Counted from the stretch's first letter, positions 37,135-46,052 are shown. The stretch is 64,000 nt of DNA from Candidatus Latescibacterota bacterium (GCA_965208835.1 OZ242358.1:4960001-5024000); one strand, 5' to 3'. Notes: a model not told the origin generated them from the letters alone. Program-made: numbers and translations.

Positions 37135-38832
37135 TTACGCCTGCTGCCACAGTCCATGGAAATCGGCGTACAGCGCGTGTCGCTCAATCAGCTCTTCGTG
37201 GCTGCCGACGTCGATGCCGCCGCCGTCCATCACCAGCGCCCGACGCGCGCGCCGGGCGGCCGCCATGCGGTGTGCGACGACGATCAGGGTGCGGCCAGGG
37301 GCCATGAACGCCCGCTCCGCGCGCTCCTCCGCGGCGGGATCCAGGTGGCAGGTGGCCTCGTCCAACACGACAATCGGCGACGACGCGAGGTGCGAACGCG
37401 CCAGGGTCACCAGCTGACGTTCCCCCTCGGACAGGCCGGATTTCGTAAGGTTGACTTCCGCGTCCAGCCCGCCCAGCCGATTCAACACACGATCGAGACC
37501 CACGGCCCGGGCGGACGCGGCGATCTCCTCTTCGGTTGCGGACGGCCGCAGGTACACCAGGTTCTCGCGCAGCGATCCGGCGAAGACGTACGCCTCCTGG
37601 GGCACCATCGTAATCAGTCGTGGACGGTCCGGACGCAGAAAGCAGGGCTTCCCGCCGACCGTGATCGCGCCGCTGTCCGGACGCAGCACACCTGCCAGAA
37701 GGGCGGCCAAAGTGGACTTGCCGATCCCGCTGGGCCCGACGATGGCCAGATGGTCTCCTGCGCGGAGATCCAGCGAAAATCTCTCGACGATCGGCTCCCC
37801 GGCGCCGTATGCAAACGTCAAGTCGCGTACGGCCAGATCAGTCGGTTCATCCGACGGTGGCGACGCAGTCGGAACAGCTCCGACCAGGTCCTCCGCCTTC
37901 CCGCCAGTTTCCATCAGGCGCGCATGGTGGACCCGCAACGTGACCAGTTTGGACAGACCGTACGTCACGAACGCCGTCGCCGCCGTCAAACCCGCGAGCA
38001 GGTAAGTAAACGACCCGACCACCTCGCCCGCGCTGAGCAGATCGTTGCGAACCAGGTACGGAACGAAGCCCAGCGCCGTCAGGGCGGGAAACGTGGTGGC
38101 GACGGCGTTCACAACTCCGAATCCGACAGCCTGATGCTTGTATTGCCTGAGTGTCGCCCCGACGGACCGGTTGATCCGATCTTCCACGCGGTCCATGGCG
38201 AAGCCCTTCGCGCCTGCCGCCACCAAGTCCCGCACCGACTGGAGCGCGCGCGTCGTTTCGCCGTGGGTATCCTCATCGGCGAGCATGGACGCCGTTTCGT
38301 TGCGGACTTTGGCGCGGACAACCACAACCTGAAGAAACGCAGCCACGATGAGCCAGGGCAAAGCCAGGACCAGAAGCGTCCACGACAACGTCGCGAGCCC
38401 GGCCGCGGATCCGATGGCGAAAAGGCCGCTCGGGCCCAGACGCAGAAAGTGCGCCAGCACCTCTACAAGCGCCGGAACGTGCCGTGTGAGCTCCGCGCCG
38501 GAACGCAGGACCCGGTCCGAATGCACCGCATCTCCCAGTGTGTGCAGAACGGTGTCGCAGGTCAGGTCCACCTGCACCCTCGAAGTGAGTTTCGCCGTCC
38601 AGTGCGAGAGACGCAACAGCGACCAGACGCCGACCGCGCCCGCGGCGAGAAGCCCGCCGATCCACGCCAGGGCCGCTGAAAGGTCGCCCTCGCGCGCCGT
38701 ATCGATGGCGCTGGCGATGAGGCGTCCGGAGAGCGCCGGCGCGAGTGTCACGCCCACGCTGCACACGCCGATACGAAACAGGCATCCGCGGTGCCTCGAC
38801 ACGTAGCCGTATAGCGATCGGATGGGCGTCAC
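37135..38832 (-). CDS. ABC exporter, fused TMD-NBD (RamB/AmfA-like)
   Basis: GPSGIGKST, degenerate signature LSEGERQ, LDEATCHLDPAAEERAERAF and VAHR. Confidence 0.85.
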   Translation of the reverse strand: MTPIRSLYGYVSRHRGCLFRIGVCSVGVTLAPALSGRLIASAIDTAREGDLSAALAWIGGLLAAGAVGVWSLLRLSHWTAKLTSRVQVDLTCDTVLHTLGDAVHSDRVLRSGAELTRHVPALVEVLAHFLRLGPSGLFAIGSAAGLATLSWTLLVLALPWLIVAAFLQVVVVRAKVRNETASMLADEDTHGETTRALQSVRDLVAAGAKGFAMDRVEDRINRSVGATLRQYKHQAVGFGVVNAVATTFPALTALGFVPYLVRNDLLSAGEVVGSFTYLLAGLTAATAFVTYGLSKLVTLRVHHARLMETGGKAEDLVGAVPTASPPSDEPTDLAVRDLTFAYGAGEPIVERFSLDLRAGDHLAIVGPSGIGKSTLAALLAGVLRPDSGAITVGGKPCFLRPDRPRLITMVPQEAYVFAGSLRENLVYLRPSATEEEIAASARAVGLDRVLNRLGGLDAEVNLTKSGLSEGERQLVTLARSHLASSPIVVLDEATCHLDPAAEERAERAFMAPGRTLIVVAHRMAAARRARRALVMDGGGIDVGSHEELIERHALYADFHGLWQQA

Positions 38833-40589
38833 GCAGCCACCTCCTCACCCGGGTCGCCCATAAACGCGGCCCGGTAATCGGCGTCCCGCCATAGTTCGGC
38901 GTGAGGCGCAAGGCGCCGGACTTCGCCTTTGTAAAGCCAGGCCACGAGGTCGGCGGCGGCGGCGGTACTCGCCCGGTGGGCAATGACGACAGTCGTCCGC
39001 GACCTCCCAAGCCTCCGCAATGCCGCAAGGACCCGCGCCTCGGTGGCCACGTCCAGACTGCTGAGCGCGTCGTCCAGAATCAGGATGGGCGTAGCCCTGA
39101 GCGCTGCCCGCGCGAGCCCCAGCCGCTGGTGTTCGCCGCCTGACATCGGGGCCTCGTAAAGGGGTGAATCGTAACCCTTCGGCAGACGTTCGATGAACGC
39201 GTTCGCTTCGACCTGCCTCGCGGCCGTCCGGACGGCCTCATCCGTGACTGCAGCGCCCATCGCGATGACGTCGCGAACCGTGTCGCCGACGAGCGCGGGC
39301 CTCTCGAATGCGTAGCCCACCCGGCGAGAGAGTACGTCGCGCGGCAGTTCGCTAACCGGTGTACCGTCGATGCGGACGACGCCCAGATCCGGGTCCTGAA
39401 GCCGGCCGATCAGTCCGGCGAGCGTGGTCTTGCCGACGCCTGATCTGCCAACCAGGGCGACCGTCGTTCCCGCGGGAATAAGGAGGTCCACGCGCCGGAG
39501 GATATCCCTTTCCGGCCCGCCGAGGGTAACGCCTTCGATCCGGACCTCGCCCGGCCCCCCCGGGTCGGATGCGTCCGATCCGGGCTCGGCCACAGCGGGC
39601 GGAGATTGAAGAACGTCGAGTACCCGGGCCGCATGGGCGCGAAAGGTGGCGATCTGGAACCAGCCGTTGTCGAATATACCGGCGACGCTTGCGTAAGTCA
39701 TCTGCGCATAACGTATGGCGGCCAACAGCGCGCCCACGGACAGGCTGCCCGACGCCAACAGAAGCACTCCGGTAACGGCGGTGATGGTCAAAACGACGTG
39801 ATTGGCGCTGGTCACCAACACGGCGCCGCGTCCGAAGTTCTCCATGATTTCGCGCGTCTTGTCGGCCAGTGCCGGCAACGGAATCGTGATGCGCTCGACC
39901 TCCCGTTCGAGGGTACCGGCTGCGCGTATGGTGCGCCTTCCGGAAAGGGCGCCCGTGTAAGCGTTGACCATCCGGCTGTTCAGTTCGTCGAATCCGGTCT
40001 GTCCGGCCGTAAGCGCGCCCCACAGGCGGCGCATGAGTACGGTCACGGCGCCGACGCCCGCGAGCGCAACCGCTACAAACGCCCAGTGTACGTAAAACAG
40101 CGCGGCGAGACTGCCCGCGCCCGTGAAGAACCCCGTGCCGATCCTCAGCAGGGTCTCCGGGTAGCGCGGCAGGTACGTCGCCTCGGAGCGGATCCGGTTC
40201 TGCAGGTCCCCGTCGTCGAACGCCCGCCTGCCGGGAAGGCCGAGGTCCAGCGCATGATCGACCATTCCGCGCGTCAGCCGCCTTTCGATCGGGGCGCGGA
40301 ATCTTGCCCTCACGGGTTCCGCGACGATTTCGATAAACACCGATGCGAGCATTGCGACCGCCAGCCCCTGGAATCCCCAGCCAATTCGCCCATTCACCGC
40401 CTCGTCTATGGCAACAGCCGCAAAAGCCGGCGCGGCCAGACCCGCGCCGATGGAAAACACGCTGAAAACGGCGTCGAGGGCGAACCAGTGCCACGCCCCG
40501 CGGGCGTATGGGCGCAGAAACGCCATTACCTCACGGATATTGGGAAGTTGGGGACAGTCGGATTTGGAAACTTCGTTACGGGCGGTCAC
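38829..40589 (-). CDS. ABC exporter, fused TMD-NBD (RamA/AmfB-like)
   Basis: GRSGVGKTT, YAFERPAL, MSGGEHQRLGLARA, non-catalytic LDDALSSLD, AHRASTAAAADLVAWL and HAELWRDADYRA. Confidence 0.85.
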   Translation of the reverse strand: MTARNEVSKSDCPQLPNIREVMAFLRPYARGAWHWFALDAVFSVFSIGAGLAAPAFAAVAIDEAVNGRIGWGFQGLAVAMLASVFIEIVAEPVRARFRAPIERRLTRGMVDHALDLGLPGRRAFDDGDLQNRIRSEATYLPRYPETLLRIGTGFFTGAGSLAALFYVHWAFVAVALAGVGAVTVLMRRLWGALTAGQTGFDELNSRMVNAYTGALSGRRTIRAAGTLEREVERITIPLPALADKTREIMENFGRGAVLVTSANHVVLTITAVTGVLLLASGSLSVGALLAAIRYAQMTYASVAGIFDNGWFQIATFRAHAARVLDVLQSPPAVAEPGSDASDPGGPGEVRIEGVTLGGPERDILRRVDLLIPAGTTVALVGRSGVGKTTLAGLIGRLQDPDLGVVRIDGTPVSELPRDVLSRRVGYAFERPALVGDTVRDVIAMGAAVTDEAVRTAARQVEANAFIERLPKGYDSPLYEAPMSGGEHQRLGLARAALRATPILILDDALSSLDVATEARVLAALRRLGRSRTTVVIAHRASTAAAADLVAWLYKGEVRRLAPHAELWRDADYRAAFMGDPGEEVAA

Positions 40590-40844
40590 AGACTATACCT
40601 TTCACTTCAACTTTTTCTTCTTTCTTTTTGTTTTTTTTATTTTACGTCCTTTTTCTTATGCGCAGAAAAAGGACCAAAAAGAACCGCGCCCCTCGGCGGG
40701 GGGCCGGTTTTTCCGTGAATCACCTCAGTGACCACAATGAAATTCGGGTGGCCTACAACCCCGTCAGCTGTTCCAATACAACACTGCTGGACGGACTAAC
40801 ACGGAAAAACCCCCCACACCACCGGACGCGCCGTATTTACATTT

Positions 40845-40869
40845 GTAGGGGCACCCCTTGTGGGTGCCC
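40845..40869. repeat. GTAG-type REP palindrome
   Basis: gtaggggcaccccttgtgggtgccc. Its reverse complement ends in cccctacaaatg, as at 24406-24417. Confidence 0.7.
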
Positions 40870-40977
40870 AGATAATGGCGCAGACATCCGTGAGTCGATA
40901 TCGCCAGACCGTATCGTAGACCTGCTTTAGCTGACGGCTGATAGCTGACAGCTCTTTCCAAGGGGAGAGTTCTGCAT

Positions 40978-42141
40978 TCAATACAAATGAATCGACCCGT
41001 CCGGACCTACATAGCGACGCGGGGGCAGCGCCTGATACGGCCGCGACTTCATCAATTCCATATCCAACTCGACCCCAAGCCCCGGTCGCCGGCCCAGTTC
41101 CTCCACATCCACGCAACCGCCCGAGAGCGGCACTCCCATCGTCTGCACGTCGTCGAACCACGGGCACAGCCGGCAGTGCTCCAGGATCTCGAAATTCTGC
41201 ATCGCGGCCGCCGCGTGCGCAGCAGCAGCCAGAGCAACGGGGCCGTAGGGATTGTGCGGCGCGATCCCGATCCCGTACACCTCCGCGAAATGGGCGATCT
41301 TCATCAGTTCGCTGATCCCGCCGGCGTGGCAGAAATCCACCTGGCACACGTCAACCGCCTGTTTTTCGAACCACTCCCGGCAATCCCACCGCGTGATCCA
41401 CCGCTCGCCCGCGGCAATCCGCATTCCCGGAAAGTCGCGTTTTAACCTCACGTACGGCTCAACCGTACTCTGCTCGATCGGCTCTTCCACGAAAAAGAGG
41501 TCCAGCGGCAGCAATTCCCGCATCAGGCGGTGCGCCGCCCGGGGCGAGAACACGCCGCCGCAGTCGATCATCAGCGCGACGTCCGGCCCCATCGCCTGTC
41601 GCAGCCGGGTCATCTCCCGGACGGCGACGTCCACCTGGGCGTCCATATCGAACGGCGCAACCGCGGGTCCGTGCCCGTGCTTGAACGCATCGAACCCCTC
41701 CTCCAGGGCCTGTGCCGCGTGCGCCTCCAGCGAATCCAGGCCCAGGTCCGCCCGCGCGTAACACCGCACCCTGTCGCGGACCCTTCCGCCCAGCAACCTG
41801 AATACGGGCTGTCCGGTGGCCTTGCCCACAACATCCCACAGCGCCATGTCGATTCCGCTCACCGCGCTCGTATGAACGACGCCCCGCTTCCACCAGAAGT
41901 CCCGGTACCCCAGCTGCCAGACGTGCTCCACGTCCATTGGATTCATACCCTGCAGCCTGGGTTTCAGGGACGTCTCCACCTGCGCCGCCACGGCCATTTC
42001 GTGGTGCTCCGTTGTGGCCTCGCCGATCCCGGTGATGCCGGCATCCGTCTCCACCTCCACGAATACCCAGTTCCGTCTGGGTGTCCGCCCGTCCGCCGCG
42101 GGCACGTTCATGACGTGCGCCCTGATGTCGGCGATCTTCAT
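40978..42141 (-). CDS. Mandelate racemase/muconate lactonizing enzyme family (galactonate dehydratase-like)
   Basis: NWVFVEVETDAGITGIGE, SGIDMALWD, LLGGRVRDRV, metal ligands D/EEP/GER and APHNP. Confidence 0.9.
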   Translation of the reverse strand: MKIADIRAHVMNVPAADGRTPRRNWVFVEVETDAGITGIGEATTEHHEMAVAAQVETSLKPRLQGMNPMDVEHVWQLGYRDFWWKRGVVHTSAVSGIDMALWDVVGKATGQPVFRLLGGRVRDRVRCYARADLGLDSLEAHAAQALEEGFDAFKHGHGPAVAPFDMDAQVDVAVREMTRLRQAMGPDVALMIDCGGVFSPRAAHRLMRELLPLDLFFVEEPIEQSTVEPYVRLKRDFPGMRIAAGERWITRWDCREWFEKQAVDVCQVDFCHAGGISELMKIAHFAEVYGIGIAPHNPYGPVALAAAAHAAAAMQNFEILEHCRLCPWFDDVQTMGVPLSGGCVDVEELGRRPGLGVELDMELMKSRPYQALPPRRYVGPDGSIHLY

Positions 42142-42144
42142 CCC

Positions 42145-43374
42145 TCAGTCCTCTTTCTCCATGAACGCACCCTCCCGTTGGATTCGTTCGTAGACCCGCG
42201 CGAACGCCGCCGATCCGTCGTCCTCCCACACCTCCGAATTCACCCCGCGGATGGACCCTTCCTCGAATCCGGTGAGCCGACGCACGTCCGGTATGCTCGG
42301 CGAATACATCCTGTTGCCGCCAGGCAGGTAGAGGACGCCCACGTGTTTCGGCATCTGTGTGGGGCCGACCGCCGCCAGGCGCGCGAGCTTCTCCTCGTCC
42401 ACCTCGAACCCCAGTCCCGGCGCCTCGGGCACCGGCGAACATCCCTCGGCGATCTCGATACGCTCTGTTGTAATGTCCTCTTCATACTGGTCGTCCAGAT
42501 TGATCGAATGCCCCGCGGTCGGCAACACCGCCCCGAGGTGCATGGCCAGCGCCTTCGTCAGCGTGCCCCCGGTCAACTGCACCACCGCCTGCACGTTCGC
42601 CTTTCCATACGCGAACCCGCGGAAGAGCGCGTCTCCGAACCCGCCGCAATATTCGCCGACAATGTAGGCGTCCGCCATACCCATGATCATTTCCTGCAAC
42701 CCGCCCAGCGGGGGCAGATGCATCACGAGGGGTACGATGCACTGCGCCCGCAGCCGCCGCCACCCGTCCACGTCGGTCAGCAGCAGCGGGTCCTCGATGA
42801 ACCCCACCACCCTGGACCGCTCCAGGGCTTTCACGATGGGCAGCACCGTTGCCATCGCCCGATTGTGGTTCATATCCCACTGCATCAGGAAACCATCCGG
42901 CGCCACGTCCTCCACCGCCCGGTTCTGTTCGAACACGTCGAAATGCTGGCATGTATGCATCTTGAACATCATATAGCCCTGGTCCACGGCGCGGACGATC
43001 TCCCTGCTCAGGTCTTCCGGCGACGCCGGCCGGGTCCACGCCATCACGGGTACGCGGTCCCGCACCTTCTGTCCCATCAGCTTGTAGGCGGGGATGCCCA
43101 GGTGCTTGCCCATCACGTCGTACAGCGCGCCGCCCAGCGCCAGGTGCAATGTCTCATGGTTGAGGAAATCGAACGGGCTGCGGTCGATCAGATGCGCCAC
43201 GCTCTCCTTCGGCGGCGCGGCAGAACGGTAGTCTCCGTAGCCGACGATCCCGTTGTCGGTCACCACCTTGAAAATGGTCCGCTGGTCGATGGCGCGAAGA
43301 CGCACCTTGTGATCCGCGTACCGGGCGGCGAGTCCCGGGTTGATCGGGATAATGTCGATATCGACGATTTTCAT
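42145..43374 (-). CDS. Enolase-superfamily (MR/MLE) protein, atypical active site
   Basis: MKIVDI start, TDNGIVGYG, ALYDVMGK, FKMH, WDMN, FIEDP and PGLGFEVD. Confidence 0.82.
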   Translation of the reverse strand: MKIVDIDIIPINPGLAARYADHKVRLRAIDQRTIFKVVTDNGIVGYGDYRSAAPPKESVAHLIDRSPFDFLNHETLHLALGGALYDVMGKHLGIPAYKLMGQKVRDRVPVMAWTRPASPEDLSREIVRAVDQGYMMFKMHTCQHFDVFEQNRAVEDVAPDGFLMQWDMNHNRAMATVLPIVKALERSRVVGFIEDPLLLTDVDGWRRLRAQCIVPLVMHLPPLGGLQEMIMGMADAYIVGEYCGGFGDALFRGFAYGKANVQAVVQLTGGTLTKALAMHLGAVLPTAGHSINLDDQYEEDITTERIEIAEGCSPVPEAPGLGFEVDEEKLARLAAVGPTQMPKHVGVLYLPGGNRMYSPSIPDVRRLTGFEEGSIRGVNSEVWEDDGSAAFARVYERIQREGAFMEKED

Positions 43375-44285
43375 CTCAGCACTCCTGTTGAAGTGAAGAA
43401 TTCCCTGAGCCCGTCCATCTCCCGGTCGTTCAACGAATAGTAGGGTTTCCGGCGCCAGCGCCCGGCCACGCCGAAGATTTCCATCGCCCCGTGCAGCCCC
43501 GCGTTCCACCCGCCGGTCAGTTTGCCGATATAGTCGAAGAACGGCATGTCGTACTTCCGCATGACCTTTCGCGCCCCCTCGACGTCCGCTTTCCGGATCG
43601 CGCTCCAGTATCGCCGCGCGATCTCCGGCTTGAGCGTAATGTACGTCGACATATATCCGTCGCATCCATACGGCCACATATTCATGTGGTTCACCTTCTG
43701 CCCGCCGGCGAACACCGCCACCCGGTCGTGAGCGACCAGGCATAGCCGGCGGGCGAAATCCGCGCACATATCGTCCTTTATGGCCACCACGTTTTCGAAT
43801 CCGTCAAGCGTTCTGTCGATCACCTCCAGTCCGAATTCCGGACCCTGCGCGGAAAAAGCGCCGGTAACGATCATAACCGGCATCGTCCGGGACACCGCGC
43901 CGTAGTGTTCGACCATCGTCTCCACCGTACACGACGGCCCCCAGTTGGGCGGAAGCACCATCAGCACGTCCGCACCCTGATCTTTCGCGAATGACGCAAA
44001 GGCGATCGAGCGCCGGGTGTCGTGATACCGGTCGGCCGCCACAACCATTCCCCGTCCCGCCGTATGCTCGCACGCGACCCGGGTCACTTCCGCGATCTCC
44101 GCCTCCGACATACAGATATAGTGGCTGTCTCCCACGGTCAGCAGCACGGTGCGGCTCCCTCCCTCCAGCACGAAATCAATCTGGTGCCGCAGCCCGTCGT
44201 AATCCACGCTGCCGTCCTTCTTGAACGGCGTTGCGATCGACGAAATGATCCCGGTCAGATGCGCACGAACTTCGTCTCGATCCAT
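43371..44285 (-). CDS. Dihydrodipicolinate synthase/N-acetylneuraminate lyase family aldolase
   Basis: TPFKKDGSVDYDGL, GAD, Schiff-base lysine in VVAIKDD and GCDG. Confidence 0.82.
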   Translation of the reverse strand: MDRDEVRAHLTGIISSIATPFKKDGSVDYDGLRHQIDFVLEGGSRTVLLTVGDSHYICMSEAEIAEVTRVACEHTAGRGMVVAADRYHDTRRSIAFASFAKDQGADVLMVLPPNWGPSCTVETMVEHYGAVSRTMPVMIVTGAFSAQGPEFGLEVIDRTLDGFENVVAIKDDMCADFARRLCLVAHDRVAVFAGGQKVNHMNMWPYGCDGYMSTYITLKPEIARRYWSAIRKADVEGARKVMRKYDMPFFDYIGKLTGGWNAGLHGAMEIFGVAGRWRRKPYYSLNDREMDGLREFFTSTGVLR

Positions 44286-44301
44286 AAAGAACCCCAATCA
44301 G

Positions 44302-44514
44302 AAAGGCGGGAGAGGGAAGAGGGTAGAAGGCAGAGGACCACATCCCGCCCCACCACCTGGTGAGAGGGGAGCCGGGAGACGGGAGAGAATACCTGGCTTG
44401 TGACGATTCTTATCATGCCAAAGGCAAGGACGAATATCTCATCTGGCAAGGATTTCTTCTACCGTCTTACCTCTACCGTCTCACCGCATTTTTTCTACCG
44501 TCTCACCGCCTATT
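44302..44514 (+). repeat. Heptamer-armed hairpin repeat, copy 8 (with extra caccacctgg module)
   Basis: aaaggcgggagagggaagagggtag...tgccaaaggca...tctaccgtctcaccgcc. Confidence 0.88.
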
Positions 44515-44524
44515 GGCGTCCGCC

Positions 44525-44932
44525 TCAAGGCACCACCTCAAACCCCATCTGGCGGAAGTGATGATCCAGCGTCAACACACGCCGAATCCGCAATTCCTGC
44601 ATGAGAACGAAGCTGCAGCAATCCGTAAAGGAGAATTCCTTGTCCCTGTATCCGAAAAAGAGCGCACGGGCACGTTCCCGTCTCGGTTCGTGGATCGACT
44701 CGATCCTCAAGCGCGATGAGCCGTCGATCTGCCCCCACCACGCTTCAGCGGCATCCAGACCAAGGCGTGACCGGATGGTGGTCAGCGTCTCGTCGACAAC
44801 GTAGTCGCTCGTGGTCAGAAGGCCCCCGGACGAAAGCCAATTGTCGCGGGCTTCCCGCACTGCCGATCCCTTCGAATCCCGGCTATCCGCTGCAGCCACC
44901 CATCCGGCTGTATCCACGAATATCTGCCTCAC
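44525..44932 (-). CDS. vapC: VapC PIN-domain toxin
   Basis: IFVDTAGW, VVDET, FSFTDCCS and TLDHHF. Confidence 0.9.
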   Translation of the reverse strand: MRQIFVDTAGWVAAADSRDSKGSAVREARDNWLSSGGLLTTSDYVVDETLTTIRSRLGLDAAEAWWGQIDGSSRLRIESIHEPRRERARALFFGYRDKEFSFTDCCSFVLMQELRIRRVLTLDHHFRQMGFEVVP

Positions 44933-45174
44933 GGGTACAGCACCTCGTCATGCCGTGCGGCAACGTCGCCCGATTCCGAAGCACCCACAGGAGGCACCTG
45001 GTAAAGGGGGTCCGCTTCAAGCGGCGTATTCTGGATTGGCGGACTGCCAACGGGGACGATGTCAAAAGCAGGACGACTGCGGTACAGGACGGTAAAGCGC
45101 GCGCCGTCTCGCACCTTTGAGACAACCTCCTTCAGACGCGCCCGAAGCTGTTTGGCGTTGATGATTTCTGGCAT
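44929..45174 (-). CDS. Phd/YefM-like antitoxin
   Basis: INAKQLRARLKEVVSKVRDGARFTVLYRSRP. Overlaps vapC by 4 nt. Confidence 0.82.
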   Translation of the reverse strand: MPEIINAKQLRARLKEVVSKVRDGARFTVLYRSRPAFDIVPVGSPPIQNTPLEADPLYQVPPVGASESGDVAARHDEVLYP

Positions 45175-45189
45175 CTTGTCTCCTTCTTC

Positions 45190-45211
45190 AAGTTTAACTT
45201 AAGATAAACTT
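45190..45211. promoter_or_regulatory. Operator palindrome upstream of the antitoxin gene
   Basis: aagtttaacttaagataaactt, a near-perfect 22-bp palindrome. Confidence 0.6.
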
Positions 45212-45228
45212 TTTCAACGAAAAAGGCA

Positions 45229-45362
45229 ATAAGCGGGTAGAGGTGAGACGGGAGAGGGTAGAGATTACCTGCCTTGTGGATTTTTTCTTCTGGCCGGAGG
45301 CAATGAGGAAAGACAATCCAGGCAAGGCCATCTTCTCCCGTCTTCCGTCTCCCCTCTCCCCC
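45229..45362 (+). repeat. Heptamer-armed hairpin repeat, copy 9
   Basis: aagcgggtagaggtgagacgggagagggtagagattacctgccttg...gccggaggca...tctcccgtcttccgtctcccctctccc. Confidence 0.88.
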
Positions 45363-45372
45363 GACTCTCCAT

Positions 45373-45930
45373 CTAATGGTGCCCTTCCTCCCTGTCGCTG
45401 TCTTCCTCGCTCCCTTCGTGCTTCTTTTTGTCATCGCCGTGTTCTTCCGCGCCTTCACCGTGCCCACCCTTGCTCGGCCCCCCGATGCGCAGAATATGTC
45501 CGTCTATGTCCGCGACCAGCATCTCACGCGCCTTCCAGGGCTGGTCGACGGGCTTCTGCCTGATATCCGCGCCCGCACGCGTTAACTTCTCGTGCAGTTC
45601 GTCGACATTATCGACGCTGTAGTAGATCCAGACCGGGCGGGCGCCCTGCGCATTCTCACAGAGAAAGATGGTCACCTCTCCATTGGTAATGGAGGCAAAG
45701 GTCTTGTCCTCTTCCCCTGCAGGCCAGTCCCAGTCCTTCCTGAAGCCGAGAACGGTGACGTAGTGCCCGATGCTCGCTTCGACGCTCGCGACGTTCAGGA
45801 TAGGGACGACCGCCGTGAACGCGGTGGATCCGGGACCGGAGTTCCCGTCGTGGCCTTCGTGGGCGGCGGCGATATGACTGACACCGATGACAATTCCTGC
45901 AACGATTGCTGCGATTCCATGACCCGTCAT
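45373..45930 (-). CDS. Secreted VOC/glyoxalase (bleomycin-resistance-like) protein with His/acidic termini
   Basis: Hydrophobic N-terminus ending AAA, then VPILNV...SIGHY..VLGF and DQPWKAREMLVADIDGHILRI. Confidence 0.82.
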   Translation of the reverse strand: MTGHGIAAIVAGIVIGVSHIAAAHEGHDGNSGPGSTAFTAVVPILNVASVEASIGHYVTVLGFRKDWDWPAGEEDKTFASITNGEVTIFLCENAQGARPVWIYYSVDNVDELHEKLTRAGADIRQKPVDQPWKAREMLVADIDGHILRIGGPSKGGHGEGAEEHGDDKKKHEGSEEDSDREEGHH

Positions 45931-45986
45931 GGTTTTCCTCCTGCGGTAGAGCGATTGGCTGACAGCACTCATCCGACAGTCAACAC

Positions 45987-46015
45987 AGGTTAACGATACG
46001 TGTCCGAGATGTCAA
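45987..46015 (-). promoter_or_regulatory. Candidate sigma70 promoter for the VOC gene
   Basis: Minus strand TTGACA-N17-TAACCT. Confidence 0.55.
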
Positions 46016-46052
46016 ACCGCGATATTCGCGGCAGGAAGTGGACAACCTGAAT

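Noticed and set aside
37057-38679. 540 aa + strand ORF
   Set aside because: It is an antisense shadow of the ABC exporter in high-GC DNA.
40590-40977. Lanthipeptide precursor upstream of the RamAB-like pair
   Set aside because: Minus-strand ATG frames give only about 16 aa peptides, with no leader or S-x2-S-x3-C motif and no RBS.
41530-43440. 636 aa + strand ORF
   Set aside because: It is an antisense shadow of the two enolase-superfamily genes.
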